Below, piece after piece: positions 60,168-64,000 of a stretch of 64,000 nt of DNA. Source of the stretch: Parvibaculum sp. (GTDB lineage Bacteria > Pseudomonadota > Alphaproteobacteria > Parvibaculales > Parvibaculaceae). How positions within the stretch are numbered: position 1 is the first letter of the stretch; each line of letters opens with the position of its first letter. The notes beneath the pieces are model-generated. The model saw nothing but the letters and a program-made list of their open reading frames with translations. It was not told the origin of the DNA and did not search any database. The position numbers were made by a program, and so were the translations under genes. Location of the stretch: the NCBI RefSeq assembly GCF_040882025.1, contig NZ_JBBECC010000152.1:4715-68714 (forward strand), given 5' to 3'.

Positions 60168-62210
60168 ATGCCAAAACTTATCGTCGACGATATCGAGGTC
60201 GAGGTCGAAAACGGCGCCACGCTGTTGCAAGCCTGCGAGGAAGCGGGCGCGGAAATTCCACGCTTCTGCTACCACGAGCGCCTGTCGATTGCCGGCAATT
60301 GCCGGATGTGCCTGGTCGAAGTTGAAAAATCGCCGAAGCCCGTGGCCTCCTGCGCCATGCCGGCCGGCGAGGGCATGGTCGTCCACACCAGAACCGAACA
60401 AGTGAAGCGCGCCCGCGAAGGTGTGATGGAATTTCTGCTGATCAACCACCCGCTCGATTGCCCGATCTGCGATCAGGGCGGTGAATGCGACCTGCAGGAT
60501 CAGGCGATGGCTTACGGCGTCGACGGCTCGCGTTTCGTCGAAAACAAGCGCGCCGTCGAAGACAAGTATATGGGTCCGTTGGTCAAGACGATCATGAACC
60601 GCTGCATCCATTGCACGCGTTGCATCCGGTTTTCGACCGAAGTGGCCGGCGTGCCGGAGCTTGGTGCGATCGGCCGCGGCGAGGACATGGAAATCACGAC
60701 CTACCTCGAACACGCACTCACCTCGGAACTGTCGGCAAACGTCGTCGATCTCTGTCCGGTTGGCGCGCTGACCTTCCATCCTTTCGCCTATACGGCGCGT
60801 CCATGGGAATTGCGCAAAACGGAATCCGTCGATGTGATGGACGCTGTTGGATCGAACATCCGCGTCGACGCGCGGGGCCCCGAAGTGATGCGCATTCTGC
60901 CCCGCCTCAATGAAGAGGTGAACGAGGAGTGGATTTCCGACAAGACCCGTTTCGTTTGGGACGGCCTCAAGTCTCAACGCCTCGATACACCCTATATACG
61001 CGAGAACGGCCGGCTGCACGCCGCAAGCTGGGACGAGACTTTCGCCGCTATTGCCACGCGTCTCGAAGGTGTGAAGGGCGAGCGCATTGCCGCCATCGCC
61101 GGCGATCTCGCCTGTGCTGAATCCATGAAGGCGCTGAAAGACCTTTATGTGGGGCTCGGGTCGCCGAACATCGATTGCCGGCAGGACGGCGCGAAGCTCG
61201 ACGCATCGTCGCGCGCTTCCTACATTTTCAACACCACCATTGCTGGCATCGAAGAGGCGGACGTAATCTTGCTGATCGGAACCGATCCGCGCAAGGAGGC
61301 GCCGGTTCTCAATGCGCGTATTCTGAAACGCGCCCGTGCCGGCGGCCTGAAAGTGGGTGTCGTTGGGCCGCGCGTCGATCTCACTTATGACTACGATTAT
61401 CTCGGGGCCGGTCCGCAGTCGCTGAAGGACCTCGGTGCCTTTGCTGGCACGTTGAAAAACGCATCCAACCCGATGATCGTGATCGGCCAGGGCGCTCTGG
61501 CTCGCAAGGATGGTGCGGCTGTGCTCGCTTCGGCTACAGCGCTGGCGAAGTCGGCCAACATTGTCCGCGATGGCTGGAACGGCTTCAACGTTCTCCACAC
61601 GGCGGCGGCACGCGTCGCCGGACTCGATCTCGGGCTTGTGCCGGGTGCGGGCGGTCGCGACGTTGAGGGTATTCTCGACGGCGCGTCCCGGGGCGACATC
61701 GAGTTTGTACATCTCCTCGCCGCCGACGAAATCGACATGTCGCGTCTCGGTTCCGCCTTTGTCGTCTATCAGGGTACACATGGCGATGCCGGTGCACATC
61801 GGGCCGACGTGATCCTGCCGGGCGCGACTTACACCGAGAAGAATGCGACCTGGGTCAACACCGAGGGGCGCATGCAACTTGGCAGGCGGTCGGTTTTTCC
61901 GCCCGGCGCCGCGCGAGAGGACTGGACGATCCTGCGTGCCCTTTCCGCCGTTCTCGGCCGCGCGCTGCCTTATGACGATCTCACCGCGCTGCGTGAGGCG
62001 ATGACGGCAGACGCACCGCACTTTGCCGAGATCGACGCGGTCGTATCGGCCGGCTCGCTGCCCGATCTTCCCTCTGGCGAACTCGATGCGTCACCGTTCG
62101 AAACGCCGGTAAAGGATTTTTACCTGACAAACCCGATCGCGCGCGCAAGCGCCGTCATGGCGCGTTGTTCGGCAGAACGGCCGGGCGCTCGCGTCCAGGC
62201 GGCGGAGTGA
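60168..62210 (+). CDS. nuoG: NADH-quinone oxidoreductase subunit G
   Basis: [33 protein letters not shown]. Confidence 0.98.
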   Translation: MPKLIVDDIEVEVENGATLLQACEEAGAEIPRFCYHERLSIAGNCRMCLVEVEKSPKPVASCAMPAGEGMVVHTRTEQVKRAREGVMEFLLINHPLDCPICDQGGECDLQDQAMAYGVDGSRFVENKRAVEDKYMGPLVKTIMNRCIHCTRCIRFSTEVAGVPELGAIGRGEDMEITTYLEHALTSELSANVVDLCPVGALTFHPFAYTARPWELRKTESVDVMDAVGSNIRVDARGPEVMRILPRLNEEVNEEWISDKTRFVWDGLKSQRLDTPYIRENGRLHAASWDETFAAIATRLEGVKGERIAAIAGDLACAESMKALKDLYVGLGSPNIDCRQDGAKLDASSRASYIFNTTIAGIEEADVILLIGTDPRKEAPVLNARILKRARAGGLKVGVVGPRVDLTYDYDYLGAGPQSLKDLGAFAGTLKNASNPMIVIGQGALARKDGAAVLASATALAKSANIVRDGWNGFNVLHTAAARVAGLDLGLVPGAGGRDVEGILDGASRGDIEFVHLLAADEIDMSRLGSAFVVYQGTHGDAGAHRADVILPGATYTEKNATWVNTEGRMQLGRRSVFPPGAAREDWTILRALSAVLGRALPYDDLTALREAMTADAPHFAEIDAVVSAGSLPDLPSGELDASPFETPVKDFYLTNPIARASAVMARCSAERPGARVQAAE

Positions 62211-62217
62211 GGACGGC

Positions 62218-63228
62218 ATGACCGAATTTCTGATTTACGGCATCCCCCTCGCCATCATCGTCGCACAATCGCTGGCGTTGATCGTGGCGATCCTGCTGGT
62301 CACGGCTTATGTGCTGCTCGCCGATCGCAAGATCTGGGCGGCGGTACAGCTTCGCCGCGGACCCAACGTGGTCGGTGCCTTCGGCTTGTTGCAATCTTTC
62401 GCCGACCTGCTGAAATTCGTTTTCAAGGAAATCGTAATCCCGGCCGGCGCCAACAAGGGTGTCTTTCTGCTGGCGCCATTGGTGACGGTCACCCTGGCAT
62501 TGTCGGCATGGGTCGTCATTCCGTTCGACGCCGGCATCGTCATCTCCAACATCAATGTCGGCGTCCTCTACATCTTCGCGATTTCCTCGCTCGGCGTGTA
62601 TGGCGTCATCATGGCCGGCTGGGCGTCGAATTCGAAATACCCGTTCCTGTCGGCCCTGCGCGCGGCGGCGCAAATGGTCTCCTACGAGGTTTCCATCGGC
62701 TTTGTCATCGTCACCGTTTTGTTGACTGCCGGTTCGTTGAACCTCACCGCCATCGTCGAAGCGCAGCGGACCGTCTGGTATTTCATCCCGCATCTGCCGA
62801 TGTTCGCGATCTTCTTCATCTCGGCGCTGGCCGAGACCAACCGCCCGCCCTTCGATCTGGTGGAAGCGGAATCCGAACTCGTCGCCGGCTTCATGGTCGA
62901 GTACTCCTCGACGGCCTATATGATGTTCATGCTCGGCGAATATGTGTCGATCCTGCTGATGTGCGCCATGACAACGATCCTGTTCCTCGGCGGCTGGCTC
63001 CCGCCCTTCGACATAGCGCCGTTCAACTGGGTGCCCGGCATCGTCTGGTTTCTGCTGAAGGTCTTCTTTGTCTTCTTCATGTTCGCAATGGTGAAGGCCT
63101 TCGTGCCGCGCTACCGCTACGATCAGTTGATGCGTCTCGGCTGGAAGGTTTTTCTGCCGTTCTCGCTCTTCTGGGTTGTGCTGACCGCAGGTGTACTGGT
63201 CGGCTTCGACATCGTGCCGCAGCATTGA
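62218..63228 (+). CDS. nuoH: NADH-quinone oxidoreductase subunit H
   Basis: [44 protein letters not shown]. Confidence 0.98.
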   Translation: MTEFLIYGIPLAIIVAQSLALIVAILLVTAYVLLADRKIWAAVQLRRGPNVVGAFGLLQSFADLLKFVFKEIVIPAGANKGVFLLAPLVTVTLALSAWVVIPFDAGIVISNINVGVLYIFAISSLGVYGVIMAGWASNSKYPFLSALRAAAQMVSYEVSIGFVIVTVLLTAGSLNLTAIVEAQRTVWYFIPHLPMFAIFFISALAETNRPPFDLVEAESELVAGFMVEYSSTAYMMFMLGEYVSILLMCAMTTILFLGGWLPPFDIAPFNWVPGIVWFLLKVFFVFFMFAMVKAFVPRYRYDQLMRLGWKVFLPFSLFWVVLTAGVLVGFDIVPQH

Positions 63229-63265
63229 GGTGGTCACGATGACACATACGGGAAAGGACTGAGAA

Positions 63266-63757
63266 ATGGCCTGGCTGGATCAAACGGCGCGGTCGCTCTT
63301 TCTCGCGGAGTTCGTGTCGAGCTTCGTGCTCGCGATGCGCTATTTCTTCAAACCCAAAGTGACGCTCAACTACCCGTTTGAAAAAGGTCCTTTGAGCCCG
63401 CGCTTCCGCGGCGAGCATGCGCTGCGTCGTTATCCCAACGGCGAAGAGCGTTGCATTGCCTGCAAACTGTGCGAGGCGATCTGCCCGGCGCTCGCCATTA
63501 CCATCGAAGCCGGCCCGCGCCGCAACGACGGTACGCGCCGCACCACGCGTTACGACATCGACATGACGAAGTGTATCTATTGCGGTCTCTGCCAGGAGGC
63601 GTGTCCCGTCGATGCGATTGTCGAAGGGCCGAATTTCGAATTCGCGACTGAAACCCGCGAAGAGCTGATGTACGACAAGGACCGGTTGCTGGCCAATGGC
63701 GACCGTTGGGAACGCGAGATCGCGACGAGCATTGCGCTCGACGCGCCTTACCGCTGA
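63266..63757 (+). CDS. nuoI: NADH-quinone oxidoreductase subunit I
   Basis: Two CxxCxxCxxxCP motifs; RFRGEH. Confidence 0.98.
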   Translation: MAWLDQTARSLFLAEFVSSFVLAMRYFFKPKVTLNYPFEKGPLSPRFRGEHALRRYPNGEERCIACKLCEAICPALAITIEAGPRRNDGTRRTTRYDIDMTKCIYCGLCQEACPVDAIVEGPNFEFATETREELMYDKDRLLANGDRWEREIATSIALDAPYR

Positions 63758-63788
63758 ACGAAGATCGTCGAGGGGACGAGGGGTCCAT

Positions 63789-64000
63789 ATGATTGCCACC
63801 GCCATCGCGTTTTATCTTTTCGCTGCGATAACCATCGCCGCGGGCTTCATGGTGATCGCGGCGCGCAATCCCGTTCATTCGGTACTGTTCCTGATCCTGG
63901 CTTTCTTCAATTCCGCCGCACTGTTCGTGTTGCTCGGCGCGGAGTTTCTCGCCTTGATCCTCGTCATCGTCTATGTCGGCGCCGTTGCGGTGCTCTTCCT
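63789..64000 (+). CDS. nuoJ: NADH-quinone oxidoreductase subunit J, 3' partial
   Basis: [12 protein letters not shown]...[46 protein letters not shown] runs off the window edge. Confidence 0.93.
   Translation, partial: MIATAIAFYLFAAITIAAGFMVIAARNPVHSVLFLILAFFNSAALFVLLGAEFLALILVIVYVGAVAVLF

Noticed and set aside
59865-62021. Long antisense ORFs (for example 718 aa opposite nuoG, 526 aa opposite the ALDH, 546 aa opposite nnr, 504 aa opposite the sulfatase)
   Set aside because: Shadow frames typical of high-GC3 coding DNA, with no recognisable domains or ribosome-binding sites.

Overview
GC-rich alphaproteobacterial chromosomal segment. Gene order and content suggest a Hyphomicrobiales/Parvibaculum-like organism (inference only). 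It is mostly core genome: an AsmA/YhdP-like protein (partial), tyrS, anmK, an iscR-desulfurase-sufBCDS-sufT-sufA operon, a DEAD-box helicase, parE, glnB-glnA with a sigma54 promoter and NtrC-like sites, nnr, tRNA-Leu, tig, a fold-III ornithine/lysine decarboxylase, clpP-clpX-lon-hupB, tRNA-Val, tRNA-Asp and nuoA-J (nuoJ partial). Lipid, redox and detoxification genes are interspersed. I found no rRNA, CRISPR array, integrase, transposase or prophage. The most unusual element is a single ~49% GC gene (32959-33525) encoding a RusA-like nuclease motif. It is wedged without intergenic DNA into an aminotransferase-esterase operon and is bounded by imperfect inverted repeats and a 4-bp direct repeat. 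Other candidates are unannotated small elements (a 22-aa hydrophobic ORF after tfoX; a promoter with a 10-codon ORF or anti-SD hairpin downstream of glnA), a speF-like leader, and a His-rich plus histone-H1-like tail on trigger factor. All family calls come from motif recognition by eye. GC and codon figures are hand counts on samples. No database searches were run.
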